IMG/VR virus record: IMGVR_UViG_3300038393_000351
Coordinates: 1 to 64,000 of that record
Length of the DNA: 64,000 nucleotides
Direction: 5' to 3' (one strand)
From: a virus
In this document: positions 53,725 through 62,746 of the stretch, in pieces
How the letters are laid out: each line of letters opens with the position of its first letter
Position numbering within the stretch: position 1 is the stretch's first letter
Notes under the pieces: model-generated
Told to the model about the DNA's origin: nothing
What the model saw: the letters and a program-made list of their open reading frames with translations, nothing else
Databases searched by the model: none
Translations under genes and position numbers: made by a program

Positions 53725-54740
53725 GATGCTAATTCCTTGTTTCCTTGATAAAGACGAACTCGACCTTCCGCTTCTGCTTTGATGAAGCGGGCTACGTAGT
53801 CGTCGTTGTACATAGCCAGAACTTGGTAGTAGTGTTCCCAGGCATACTCCCTCCACCATCCGGAGGTGATCGAAGTGCATACCTTCTCCAGAGCGATCAG
53901 GAACGAAGTCCTCGGTGCGATCTCGAAGTTGCACGGAATCTGGCTGCGCTCCAGAGCGAGAACGTAGGACTCTTCGAGAACTGAGAGGAGCTTGACGTGA
54001 ATCGGAAGTTCAAAGAACTTCTTCTTATCGGTTTTAACTTCTGCGCCGTCGGCTTGAAAATACTTGTACGCCGGAGAAGTTTTTTGCATATCTTCGTCCA
54101 TGCAAAACGGCCAATCCGGATCTGGAAGCGTGGCTAAAGCCGCGTGTATGTCGTCGTGCTCATACTTGTACTCGACTCCATCACCTGAGAAGAACTGCTC
54201 CTTGTTCCGTTCAAGAGACGGGTGCTTATAATAGTACGTTGCCTTCTCACGTCTCTTGAACCAGTCCTGAAGCACTGGGGGTACGCTGTAACCAAGTCCC
54301 CTCAGAGCCAGGATGTCGTCCATCGTCTTCCTGAAGTGTGGATTGTTCTTCAGATAGCGGTGAGACAACTTCAGTGCTAGAACAACGTTCGGATCAGCAA
54401 AGTGAACGACGCCGAACAGATCATCTAGAAACTTTTTGTTAAACTCTGTAAATAGCGCTCGGTCTGTTCTTTTCAGTTCCCATCCAGTTGGATTCTCGAT
54501 CGGATCGGCAACCTCAAACTCGATCGGCCTGGCACCTCTCACGTGAAGATGAATGATGATCTTTAGCAACCGAGAATCATCGGTGTGAAACTCGATTTTC
54601 TTTTCCCTAAGGCGATCTTGAAAACCATTGATTTCATCCATCGTAGCGATGGCGTCTACATCCGAGGGAATCCTCCCCAGGCGAACGCCGTGAGCGATGA
54701 GTGCATGAGAACCGATGATGAGCATGTCAGCAACCCGCAT
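53721..54740 (-). CDS. putative nucleotidyltransferase (GS...DxD) with a helical C-terminal domain
   Basis: LIIGSHAL...PSDVD; LKLSHRY, YEHDDIH, LEESYVLALER, TSGWWR. Confidence 0.75.
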   Translation of the reverse strand: MRVADMLIIGSHALIAHGVRLGRIPSDVDAIATMDEINGFQDRLREKKIEFHTDDSRLLKIIIHLHVRGARPIEFEVADPIENPTGWELKRTDRALFTEFNKKFLDDLFGVVHFADPNVVLALKLSHRYLKNNPHFRKTMDDILALRGLGYSVPPVLQDWFKRREKATYYYKHPSLERNKEQFFSGDGVEYKYEHDDIHAALATLPDPDWPFCMDEDMQKTSPAYKYFQADGAEVKTDKKKFFELPIHVKLLSVLEESYVLALERSQIPCNFEIAPRTSFLIALEKVCTSITSGWWREYAWEHYYQVLAMYNDDYVARFIKAEAEGRVRLYQGNKELAS

Positions 54741-55020
54741 CCGATGATAGCCAACCTTCTAAGGCACCATGCCCTTCGAGAGGCCAATAGTCGTTCCGTA
54801 CATCAGAACTATACCATGGTGTTCCATCCGATTGAACCGGAAAATAATACCCAGAGTTTCCAAATTCATCAAAGGGAGGAAGTCCAGTAAACGAAACGAT
54901 GATGCCGTGTTCATCGGCGATCTTTTCGATCTCCCAGATCTTCCTCTTAACGTAGTCGCGAAGCTCAACTCGGATTCCCTCGATCTTCGCCTGAGCTTCA
55001 GCTTTCGGATCATTAGTCAT
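54727..55020 (-). CDS. W-x-SS-C paralog 5
   Basis: EKIADEHG...SGYYFP...GWLSSDAGC*. Confidence 0.8.
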   Translation of the reverse strand: MTNDPKAEAQAKIEGIRVELRDYVKRKIWEIEKIADEHGIIVSFTGLPPFDEFGNSGYYFPVQSDGTPWYSSDVRNDYWPLEGHGALEGWLSSDAGC

Positions 55021-55201
55021 CTTGATACTTCTCCAGGATCAAGGTGAATTTCTCACCATTGATTTCGAAATTGCGATAGCTAACGTGTTCACCGTGTTTT
55101 GAAGCTTGAAAGAATCGCCTATCTTCATATCGATCCATGACGTCTTCTATCCCATTATCGATAGAAGACGTTAGTTCATCTAGAATACTCACGCTCAACA
55201 C
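55013..55201 (-). CDS. hypothetical protein inserted in the array
   Basis: Overlaps both neighbours; unrelated sequence. Confidence 0.55.
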   Translation of the reverse strand: MLSVSILDELTSSIDNGIEDVMDRYEDRRFFQASKHGEHVSYRNFEINGEKFTLILEKYQDD

Positions 55202-55524
55202 CTTTCGGACGAACTGATCCAGTTACCGTGACTCCAGTCACGTTCGTATTCTCCGCAGTTGTTCCATGGATGATATTCATGGTGTTCCGGATGATTTTTG
55301 TTTGGATCTTCTTCGTAACCTTCCGGAAGATCATATGCATAATCATCCCAGACTACCCAATCATCTGGACGCTTCGGGTAATAAGTTCCAGAATGCTGGT
55401 TGTCTGGGCTGGAGTAGACAAAAGGCACTATATGATCGTCGGCGATCTTTTGTGCTTCTTTCCATTTTTCTTTGATCGAATCGATGATATCATCGATTCG
55501 ATTGCGCGCTTGTTGTTGATTCAT
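55195..55524 (-). CDS. W-x-SS-C paralog 4
   Basis: AQKIADDH...SGTYYP...NWISSSERC*. Confidence 0.8.
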   Translation of the reverse strand: MNQQQARNRIDDIIDSIKEKWKEAQKIADDHIVPFVYSSPDNQHSGTYYPKRPDDWVVWDDYAYDLPEGYEEDPNKNHPEHHEYHPWNNCGEYERDWSHGNWISSSERC

Positions 55525-55526
55525 CT

Positions 55527-55775
55527 TCAGCAATAGATCGAAGATGAAGACCAGGACGAAGGATACCACTCACCTTCACCTGAAGCACCACCGTCTGCGT
55601 ACGGATGATTTTCCGAACCGGCCGGGTAGTAAGTACCGATGTTGCGAGGCTCGAAATCGAACTCTTCACCAGTCTCATCGGCGATCCTCTGAGCCGCGTC
55701 GATCAGTTCCTGAATCTGACCACGAATCTCAGCGAACTTCTTTCGCGCGTATTCCTTCTTACTCATACCGTCCAT
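55527..55775 (-). CDS. W-x-SS-C paralog 3
   Basis: AQRIADETG...IGTYYP...WSSSSIYC*; GGAGG RBS. Confidence 0.8.
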   Translation of the reverse strand: MDGMSKKEYARKKFAEIRGQIQELIDAAQRIADETGEEFDFEPRNIGTYYPAGSENHPYADGGASGEGEWYPSSWSSSSIYC

Positions 55776-55786
55776 TTCTTCCTCCA

Positions 55787-56047
55787 TCAGCAAGTCGACG
55801 CTTGCCAGTCAATGTGTTCATGAGACCAATGAGCGTCTGCCCATTCATCTGACGCTTCCCATTCGCACCCGCCCGACGCTTGCCAGATCAGCTCACGAGG
55901 GTGATACGTGCCCAGCGTACTCGGCTTGAAATCAAACGAGATTTCATGCTCGTCGGCGATCTCAGTCGCCTTATCGAGAAGATCGTTGACTTCAGCCAGG
56001 ATCTTCTTGATATCTTTCTTCGCTTTTTCCTTCTTACTCAGCGTCAT
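55787..56047 (-). CDS. W-x-SS-C paralog 2
   Basis: ATEIADEHE...LGTYHP...WQASGGC...WEAS...WQASTC*; AAGGAG RBS. Confidence 0.8.
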   Translation of the reverse strand: MTLSKKEKAKKDIKKILAEVNDLLDKATEIADEHEISFDFKPSTLGTYHPRELIWQASGGCEWEASDEWADAHWSHEHIDWQASTC

Positions 56048-56058
56048 TCAGTTCTCCT

Positions 56059-56316
56059 TTAACAGTTCTGCGACGATGAACGCCAGAAACCACCATCGTC
56101 TCCATACTCATTCGATGGAAACAAGTAATCGTCGGGATCACCTTCCCACTCGCTTTTTCTTGCAGGATCGGGATAATACGATCCGCCCATGCCATACGCA
56201 ACACTGAAGAAGAACTCGATACCGTGAGCATCGGCGATCTCAGTAGCTTCCTTGATGAGGAGCTTTGCTTGATTCTTCAGTTCCTGAATCTTTCCTCTCG
56301 CTTCGTTCTTATCCAT
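56059..56316 (-). CDS. W-x-SS-C paralog 1
   Basis: ATEIADAHG...GGSYYP...FWRSSSQNC*; GAGGA RBS. Confidence 0.8.
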   Translation of the reverse strand: MDKNEARGKIQELKNQAKLLIKEATEIADAHGIEFFFSVAYGMGGSYYPDPARKSEWEGDPDDYLFPSNEYGDDGGFWRSSSQNC

Positions 56317-56345
56317 CCGTTCCTCTTCCATATAAAGACAGTGGG

Positions 56346-56375
56346 ATTATACGTCCTAAATACTCATTCGTGAAC
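56346..56375 (-). promoter_or_regulatory. early/sigma70-like promoter (G)TTCACG-N17-TATAAT
   Basis: Heads the paralog array operon. Confidence 0.6.
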
Positions 56376-56467
56376 TTATCGTTGAAAGTCTTTTTGAACC
56401 GTAAAATAGTTAACACTCATCCCTGTACAATGCCGATGATAAGGTATATGTATGATCTAGAAGGAGA

Positions 56468-56734
56468 ATGATCATGAGTATCTGGTCAGACATGCTTAGA
56501 GGAGCTTTTTATGGACTCTTTGGGAGCGGTTCATACATAGACTCCGATCATCCGAACCTCGATCCAGTCAAGATCGAGATCATGGAACCCAACACTCTTC
56601 AGTGGGCTCCGGTTGGAACATCGGTACCAAACATCAACGCCGTGAGCGTCAGGCTTCGAGAAGAAGTTAGAAAAGTTCCCGGCAGGCGAGCTCGGGCTGT
56701 TGATTCTTCCGGCCGAGTAATCGACATCGCGTAA
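56468..56734 (+). CDS. hypothetical protein
   Basis: AAGGAG RBS; RARAVDSSGRVID C-terminus. Confidence 0.7.
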   Translation: MIMSIWSDMLRGAFYGLFGSGSYIDSDHPNLDPVKIEIMEPNTLQWAPVGTSVPNINAVSVRLREEVRKVPGRRARAVDSSGRVIDIA

Positions 56735-56752
56735 AAATAAAAGTTTCTAGAT

Positions 56753-56791
56753 CAACTGCACTGTGGTTATAATCTGGCCACAGTGCAGTTG
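56753..56791. repeat. 14-bp inverted repeat enclosing TATAAT
   Basis: caactgcactgtgg-ttataatctgg-ccacagtgcagttg. Confidence 0.75.
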
Positions 56792-56821
56792 CTGTATCTA
56801 TAACAAGGAGAACACTATACG

Positions 56822-57019
56822 ATGACGACCAATAAGACTACCAAGCTTCTGAATGAGTTCTTGAAGGGCAAGGTCCTGACCGTTGCTCAGATCCGTTCGA
56901 AGTTCGGCGTTCGCAATGTTTCGGCACACATCTCGTACATCCGCCAGAAGCACGATCGCCGCATCGTCACTTCCCGCAAGGGAAACAAGACCTACTACGG
57001 GTTTCAAGCTGTAGCCTAA
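56822..57019 (+). CDS. small winged-helix DNA-binding protein
   Basis: LT.AQI...FGV.NVSA.IS.IR...I......TYY; AAGGAG RBS. Confidence 0.75.
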   Translation: MTTNKTTKLLNEFLKGKVLTVAQIRSKFGVRNVSAHISYIRQKHDRRIVTSRKGNKTYYGFQAVA

Positions 57020-57045
57020 TCACTTAAATATCAAGTGGTTCGTAG

Positions 57046-57069
57046 GGCCGGCGCATAGCCGGCCTTTTT
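57046..57069 (+). terminator. intrinsic terminator
   Basis: ggccggc-gcata-gccggcc-ttttt. Confidence 0.8.
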
Positions 57070-57082
57070 CGTATGAGGAGGG

Positions 57083-57268
57083 ATGATGGCAAAGAAGAAA
57101 GAAAAACAATGGAAGCTTCATGCGATGACCAAAGAGGGTTGCGCTACTCTCTTCAAGTTCTATAAAGACAGATACAACGTCAGACTGATTAAAGATCGTG
57201 AACTGGATACCAACGGAGTCACGTGGACGTTTACGATCACACATCCGTTTCCAGATGAGGTGGACTGA
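57083..57268 (+). CDS. hypothetical protein
   Basis: GAGGAGG RBS. Confidence 0.6.
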   Translation: MMAKKKEKQWKLHAMTKEGCATLFKFYKDRYNVRLIKDRELDTNGVTWTFTITHPFPDEVD

Positions 57269-57699
57269 TGAAGATAGGATTCACTGGAAACCAACACGGA
57301 ATGAGCAAGGCTCAGAGAGTAGCGTTCGCTGAGACGATCATATCCTGGGATTCAAAGCAGTTCCCAACTGAGTTTCATCATGGAGACTGCATAGGTTCGG
57401 ATGAACAAGCACACTTCATCGTGAAAGAAGTGTGTCCTCACTGGAAGATCGTAATCCATCCTCCCATCAATCATACGAAGAGGGCGTTTGTTCTGGGCGA
57501 TGAGTCTCGGATCTTACGGGATTATCTACCGAGAAATCGAGACATAGTCAGCGAAGCTCTGAGGATGATAGCTACACCGGCTCAGTATCTGGAGCAACTC
57601 AGATCTGGTACGTGGTACACTATTCGGTATTCGAGAAAAAGAGGCAGAATGATCCGAATCATCTTTCCGGATGGATCGTTTCGAGACGAAAACGTATAA
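57268..57699 (+). CDS. SLOG-superfamily (YspA/Smf-like) protein
   Basis: IGFTG, HHGDCIGSD, RNRDIV, SGTWYTIRY. Confidence 0.8.
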   Translation: MKIGFTGNQHGMSKAQRVAFAETIISWDSKQFPTEFHHGDCIGSDEQAHFIVKEVCPHWKIVIHPPINHTKRAFVLGDESRILRDYLPRNRDIVSEALRMIATPAQYLEQLRSGTWYTIRYSRKRGRMIRIIFPDGSFRDENV

Positions 57700-57727
57700 A
57701 CCCGGGAAATTTCCCGGGTTTTATTTT
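57698..57727. terminator. bidirectional terminator
   Basis: aaacccgggaaatttcccgggttttatttt between convergent genes. Confidence 0.7.
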
Positions 57728-57826
57728 AACTTCCTAATATGTAGGGAATGATGATTCGAAGAAGTCCGGTATTATTAGCAATCACCATCAGTCCAATGAA
57801 GATGAGTACAGCAGTTACCCAGCGCA

Positions 57827-58234
57827 TCACTTCTTCTTTCCGATAGCGTACTTTGGAGACAGTGTCCATTCCTTCTTCTCGTCGAAGTGGATTACTTTAA
57901 TCTTCTCCCGAAGGGGTCCTTCAATCTTTTCCGAGATAGCGTTCTTAGGTGTCCTGATCTTGACCAGATCCCATTGCTCAAGTAGGTCCGCGATCGTGTT
58001 TCGACGTGCTCGATCCTCATCATCGAATCCAGCATCCATGCCATCGAGCAGCCTCATCTCCTTGTAGTGAGTGATGAAGTATCGACCGCGCTTCTGTAGG
58101 ATGTGGCAGGACTGATAGAGCGTCTTATCTTTTGAAATACCAATTCGAGTGAGCGTTTCCTTGACTTTCAGGAACTGCGGGCGATCTAGCGGCTCAATCT
58201 CAATAAACGTATCAATCAACTTCTGCATAACCAA
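57827..58234 (-). CDS. regA: translational repressor RegA
   Basis: FLKVKETLTRIGI, LYQSCHILQKRG, RRNTIA.LL..W. Confidence 0.95.
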   Translation of the reverse strand: MVMQKLIDTFIEIEPLDRPQFLKVKETLTRIGISKDKTLYQSCHILQKRGRYFITHYKEMRLLDGMDAGFDDEDRARRNTIADLLEQWDLVKIRTPKNAISEKIEGPLREKIKVIHFDEKKEWTLSPKYAIGKKK

Positions 58235-58275
58235 AGCCTTCTTATTTTATATTGGCTTTGTATTTAGGCTTTTAC

Positions 58276-58662
58276 TTAGTTCTCGACACCTCGACTTCTG
58301 GACTCCCGCATCTCCTCGATCTGCTCGGGAGTGAGGATAGACGCCGCTTGCTCAGCTTTTACTCTGGAAAATGAGTAGGCTTCCATCAGGAACTTAACGT
58401 CCTCAGATGAGTTCCTCTTTCCCCACTTAGCAAACCTCTTCTTAGGACGAATGGCTTCTCGATAGTAGTCGTACTGAAGCTTTGGATCAAGATACTGATA
58501 GAGGTTGATCTCAGCTGCATGAAGAATCGTATCGGGATAGTAGGAGAGGGAGCGGTTGACCATAAACGCTGGATACTCCTTCTCTCCGTACTCAGCCATA
58601 GGATCACCCTTCTTCTGAGTGATCGCGTCGACCCATGTAAACGGTGATACCTTCTCAGCCAT
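58276..58662 (-). CDS. 62: clamp loader small subunit (gp62)
   Basis: FMVNRSLSY..DT, QYDY, KKRFAKW; position between gene 44 and regA. Confidence 0.92.
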   Translation of the reverse strand: MAEKVSPFTWVDAITQKKGDPMAEYGEKEYPAFMVNRSLSYYPDTILHAAEINLYQYLDPKLQYDYYREAIRPKKRFAKWGKRNSSEDVKFLMEAYSFSRVKAEQAASILTPEQIEEMRESRSRGVEN

Positions 58663-58665
58663 CTG

Positions 58666-59610
58666 TTACTTCCACATCCCCGATCCCTCGATCATGATCT
58701 CAGCCAGACAAGCCGAGAGGTTGATCTCCGGATCTACACTGAAAGCAGCCTGGTACTGATACTTCGCCAGAGTCACAACCAGAGCGGGAATGAATCTCGG
58801 ATCGAGCTGCTCAGATGCGGCGTCGTAGAACTTACGAAACACCGCTTGCTGTGAAGTATCGGAGTTCTCCGCAACCCACTTCCGTACGTTGGAATACTCC
58901 TTCTTCTTCATATAGCCAATGAGTTCATCTAGTGAAACTGACTCAAGGTTGACGAGAATTCCCGAATCGATCTTTCCGGTCGCTGAGTATCGCTGAAGTT
59001 CGTTGAGAATACGTCTCCAGTCGGGAAACCACTTCTGGATCACCGCAGCGAGAGCTTTCTTATCGTACTCGACACTCTCTTGTTCAAGGATCACTTCCAC
59101 TCGCTTCATGAACTGAACAGCGAGCTTGGCCATATCACTCTTCTTGATCTTGAAATCGATGATGGAACACCGACTCTGCAGAGCTTCAATGATCTTATTC
59201 GGATAGTTCGCCGTTAGGATGAAGCCGCAGTTGTTCGAGAACTCCTCCATAAAGTTGCGAAGAGCCGGCTGAGTGCTGTTGGGATTCAGGTGATCGGCTT
59301 CGTCTAGGATCACGTACTTTCGTCCCTCGGAGAACGAGATAGACGACGCAAACTGAGTTATCTCATTTCGAAGAGTGTCGATGTTTCGATCGAGCGATCC
59401 ATTCACGACGATGTAGTCGGAGCCAATCTCCTTAAGCATCGCTTTAGCGACAGTAGTCTTACCAACGCCGGCGTTCCCAGTCAAGAGGAGGTTCTGTACG
59501 TTCTTCTGGTCTACGTACGTTTGGAACACTTTCTTAAGATCTTCCGGCAGAATAACATCGGCGATCTTATTCGGTCTAAACTTCTCAGTCCAAAGATATT
59601 CGTCAGACAT
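58666..59610 (-). CDS. 44: clamp loader AAA+ subunit (gp44)
   Basis: WTEKFRP, GNAGVGKTT, ILDEAD, SRC, FPDWR. Confidence 0.96.
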   Translation of the reverse strand: MSDEYLWTEKFRPNKIADVILPEDLKKVFQTYVDQKNVQNLLLTGNAGVGKTTVAKAMLKEIGSDYIVVNGSLDRNIDTLRNEITQFASSISFSEGRKYVILDEADHLNPNSTQPALRNFMEEFSNNCGFILTANYPNKIIEALQSRCSIIDFKIKKSDMAKLAVQFMKRVEVILEQESVEYDKKALAAVIQKWFPDWRRILNELQRYSATGKIDSGILVNLESVSLDELIGYMKKKEYSNVRKWVAENSDTSQQAVFRKFYDAASEQLDPRFIPALVVTLAKYQYQAAFSVDPEINLSACLAEIMIEGSGMWK

Positions 59611-59796
59611 TCTAACTCCATAATATAAAGGCTCAGTTGATTTTACTCTACTGAGCCTGACTTTGATACTTTTTAACTAAATCGATTATAGCTTCCGCTT
59701 GCTTAGACCAATGAAGTCGATGTTCTTCTTTATAGTGAGTCGGCCACGATCCTCCATTATGGAGAATCGCAATCTGCTCAACCAATTCATCATACG

Positions 59797-60084
59797 TCAT
59801 TTCACATCGATCTCGACGCCGACTAGCTCAGCGATCTTCTTGATCAGAGCAGTCTTCTCCTCGAGCTCACACTCAGGCTCATTGTTGTCGATGTCGTACT
59901 GTTTAGCGCGAATGATCCAGTCCTTAAGTTCAAGCACTTCACGCTTTAGTTCATCGAAATCTTCTTTACTAATCCGATCCGATTCGGGAAATTGGGTAGA
60001 GGGAATCGTTGGAAAAGGTTGAAAATAAGGACGGTCTTTCCAAATATCAGTGTATCGATCTGAGACCATGCTAACTGCGCACAT
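59797..60084 (-). CDS. hypothetical protein
   Basis: AAGGAG RBS before MCAVSMV; EPECELEEK. Confidence 0.65.
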   Translation of the reverse strand: MCAVSMVSDRYTDIWKDRPYFQPFPTIPSTQFPESDRISKEDFDELKREVLELKDWIIRAKQYDIDNNEPECELEEKTALIKKIAELVGVEIDVK

Positions 60085-60428
60085 TATAGTTCTCCTTCTG
60101 AATGGCGAGCTTCGGCTGAACGAATGTCTCCTGTGTAGGGTTCGTTTGTATATTCGAAAATATCGGGTTTCACCGGCCAATACTCTCCCCTGACACCTCG
60201 ACAGATGTAGTCGCCTACGTGAGCCGTCATCACACCTTCCAGAGTCTCGATACGAATCGTGTACTCCAGAGTGAAGATGTCGCGACTGATGGAAGCTTCG
60301 ACACCTGAAGCCTTGATCTCATCGAGGATCGGCTTCGCCGTGAGTCCAGCGAACTTCATCGCCTCAGTCGTCCACTGGATCGCCTCAACGACAACCGGCT
60401 TTCTCTTGTACTTCTTAAATACTGTCAC
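60084..60428 (-). CDS. PGDYG-like phage protein
   Basis: KPVVVEAIQW, TLEG.M.A..GDYI..G..GE.WP.KPDIF. Confidence 0.8.
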   Translation of the reverse strand: MTVFKKYKRKPVVVEAIQWTTEAMKFAGLTAKPILDEIKASGVEASISRDIFTLEYTIRIETLEGVMTAHVGDYICRGVRGEYWPVKPDIFEYTNEPYTGDIRSAEARHSEGEL

Positions 60429-61102
60429 TTCTTCTTTGACTCCGTCGTCACGAGGTAAGTAATGTTCTCCGATCCAAAGCGGGCGATTCCTCTAGATGAA
60501 TACTTCACAGTATAATCAAGTGGTAGGAACTTGATGTTCTCCGATTTAAACAGAGCTGTGAACGCCTCCGTTGTAGTATCGAGCTCAGCTTCGTATGTAT
60601 CTCCCGTCGGATTCTTAGAATCGAGAGCACGGAGCTTAACGGTCTCGCCGTCACCCACGACCTCAAACTCAGGAAGCTTCATGATCAGCAGAGCTTTGTT
60701 GACGTCTGCAAACACGTCGTTGCTCCAGGGAAACTCGATCTCACCCTTCTCAACGACCGCGATCAGCTTCTTGAACGTCTCGGGATCAACTGAGTTGATG
60801 TGCCTGGGATCAGCGAACGTATAGTTGAGCTGCTTCTTTCCCTCTTCGATGGTGATGAACTTATCACCGATCAGGAGCTCAGGATCTTCAAAGTGCGACA
60901 TCACCGCCAGAAGACGATTGATGTCGTAGATCGCAAAGTCGCTCTCGAAGCTCTCAGCAATGGTAGCCTTAACCATGATGCTCTTGGCTTCTGAGATGGT
61001 GTAGATCTCGTTTCCCTGACGAAAGAGCAGGGACTTATTGATCGAAGCGAAGTTGCGAAGGATCGCGATCGTCTCCGGTGATAGCTTAATCTTCTGTGTC
61101 AT
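60425..61102 (-). CDS. 45: sliding clamp (gp45)
   Basis: LSPETIAILRNFASINKS, FAIYDI. Confidence 0.93.
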   Translation of the reverse strand: MTQKIKLSPETIAILRNFASINKSLLFRQGNEIYTISEAKSIMVKATIAESFESDFAIYDINRLLAVMSHFEDPELLIGDKFITIEEGKKQLNYTFADPRHINSVDPETFKKLIAVVEKGEIEFPWSNDVFADVNKALLIMKLPEFEVVGDGETVKLRALDSKNPTGDTYEAELDTTTEAFTALFKSENIKFLPLDYTVKYSSRGIARFGSENITYLVTTESKKK

Positions 61103-61121
61103 AATCTAAATTTCTTCTCCG

Positions 61122-61976
61122 TTAATTCTTTTTCTTCTTGAGTTGAGCTGGATCGACAGTAGCCGATGCGCCAATCGTAGCTAGATCAGCTAGTGAACCA
61201 CCGAACACGTACGTTCCTACATGGTTCATCGACATCCACGGACAGAGCCACACTTTCAATCCCGCGTCGATACACTTCTGTGTAAACCAGTAGTCCTCAG
61301 AAAGATACCGTTTTGTCTTTGGGTCCACGTCGGCTTGGAAGTACATACCGATCTCCCTAGACCCATCGAAATCAGCCATGCGGGCGTGGTCCGGTCGATA
61401 TGTAGACTCCGGATACGCTTGAAGGAACTTCTCCAGAGTCCTTCGCGGAATCATCATGAAACCAGTACCGATCTCCAAAACTTCAGCTGGTTCACTGATC
61501 TGGAATGAACCAGTGCCTGCTTTAGGATTGAAGACGTAGTCGCCAACGAACTTCTCCAAGATGTTGGGATCGGACTCAGCCTTACCCTGATCAACGGCCA
61601 TCTTGATCTTTTCCCAGGAGATGCACTTCTTAGGATATGGACCACCAATGACATCGTATGGAGAATTGGGATCAGCCGTCATAGCCATCAGAGCGACAAC
61701 GTCCTGCGGAGTGAAGCCGATGTCTGCATCGATGAACATCAGGTGAGTAGCACCCGATCGCAGAAACGCATCGCAGCAGTAGTTTCTGGCTCGAGTAATC
61801 AGAGACTCATTCGAGAGAAAATAAAGCATGATCTCGATGCCATTCACCGCACACAGAGCAGTCAAGTCTGCGATTGCTTTAGTGAACATACCGGCGCACA
61901 TCCCACCGTACATTGGAGTCGCGATGAAGAGCTTATTCTTCCTCAGCTCCGACATCGGTACTGTAATTTCAACCAT
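61122..61976 (-). CDS. GT-A-fold glycosyltransferase-like protein
   Basis: IATPMYGG, SLITRARN, FIDADIGF (DxD), GTGFM, YLSEDY. Confidence 0.75.
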   Translation of the reverse strand: MVEITVPMSELRKNKLFIATPMYGGMCAGMFTKAIADLTALCAVNGIEIMLYFLSNESLITRARNYCCDAFLRSGATHLMFIDADIGFTPQDVVALMAMTADPNSPYDVIGGPYPKKCISWEKIKMAVDQGKAESDPNILEKFVGDYVFNPKAGTGSFQISEPAEVLEIGTGFMMIPRRTLEKFLQAYPESTYRPDHARMADFDGSREIGMYFQADVDPKTKRYLSEDYWFTQKCIDAGLKVWLCPWMSMNHVGTYVFGGSLADLATIGASATVDPAQLKKKKN

Positions 61977-61977
61977 T

Positions 61978-62565
61978 TTATCCTTTCTTCCTTAAGAACT
62001 CAGCGACGATGATTGTGATCTTTTCATAGTACTCATTGATCGTCGTGTCGTTGTGTACGTCCACCTCGTTCGGTGAAACGCCGTAGATGTATGACCGAGA
62101 ATCACCGGTAAAGTCGTAACCGGGGCGATGACACCTGATCAGAAGAGTGTTCTCCAAACCAAAAGCATCTGCAACTGGTTTAGCTTCCTCGATAAAACCT
62201 GAATCCGGAACAACGATCGCGGATGCACTCGTGTTTCTATTTCGCTGAACGAAGAGTCGTGCAAAGATATCCGAGCCATACTTTAGCTTCATATATGATT
62301 CTGAAAAATCGATCTGCCACTGGCGATATGAACAGTTAAATTCAGGAATGATGTCTCCCTTAGTGCTTTCATATGGTTCTACGTTTCCGTATTCATCCAT
62401 GCCAGCTCCTACAACACCGGCAAAAGCAGCTTTAAGCGGCATTGCAAACCGATCAAAATCAACGTAAGAATCGGCACTTATAGATGAGAAGATCTTTTGT
62501 ACTCTAAGAGCAGCAGTGTCTTTTCCAGAACGCGGTGGGCCGTTAAACAGAATTATCTTGGTCAA
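61978..62565 (-). CDS. deoxynucleoside monophosphate kinase-like P-loop kinase
   Basis: NGPPRSGKD, FA.PLK, D.GF..E. Confidence 0.8.
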   Translation of the reverse strand: MTKIILFNGPPRSGKDTAALRVQKIFSSISADSYVDFDRFAMPLKAAFAGVVGAGMDEYGNVEPYESTKGDIIPEFNCSYRQWQIDFSESYMKLKYGSDIFARLFVQRNRNTSASAIVVPDSGFIEEAKPVADAFGLENTLLIRCHRPGYDFTGDSRSYIYGVSPNEVDVHNDTTINEYYEKITIIVAEFLRKKG

Positions 62566-62746
62566 TGGGTTTCTCCTCTATAATGAGTTTTCTGTTCCCC
62601 CACACATAAAAATGAGCGTAGTCTCCCGGATTGAAGAGATCTGTTCTATCTCCAACGTATACAGAACCGTCTTCAAGCGATTCGACGACGCGGGCGGAGA
62701 CGGTGTGATTTCCTCCGCCGTGAATGATGTGAATCTTTGTTGTCAT
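62543..62746 (-). CDS. hypothetical protein
   Basis: Coupled ORF. Confidence 0.55.
   Translation of the reverse strand: MTTKIHIIHGGGNHTVSARVVESLEDGSVYVGDRTDLFNPGDYAHFYVWGNRKLIIEEKPIDQDNSV

Noticed and set aside
54727-56316. Diversity-generating retroelement as source of the array variation
   Set aside because: No reverse transcriptase or near-identical template/variable repeat pair; paralogs are diverged throughout
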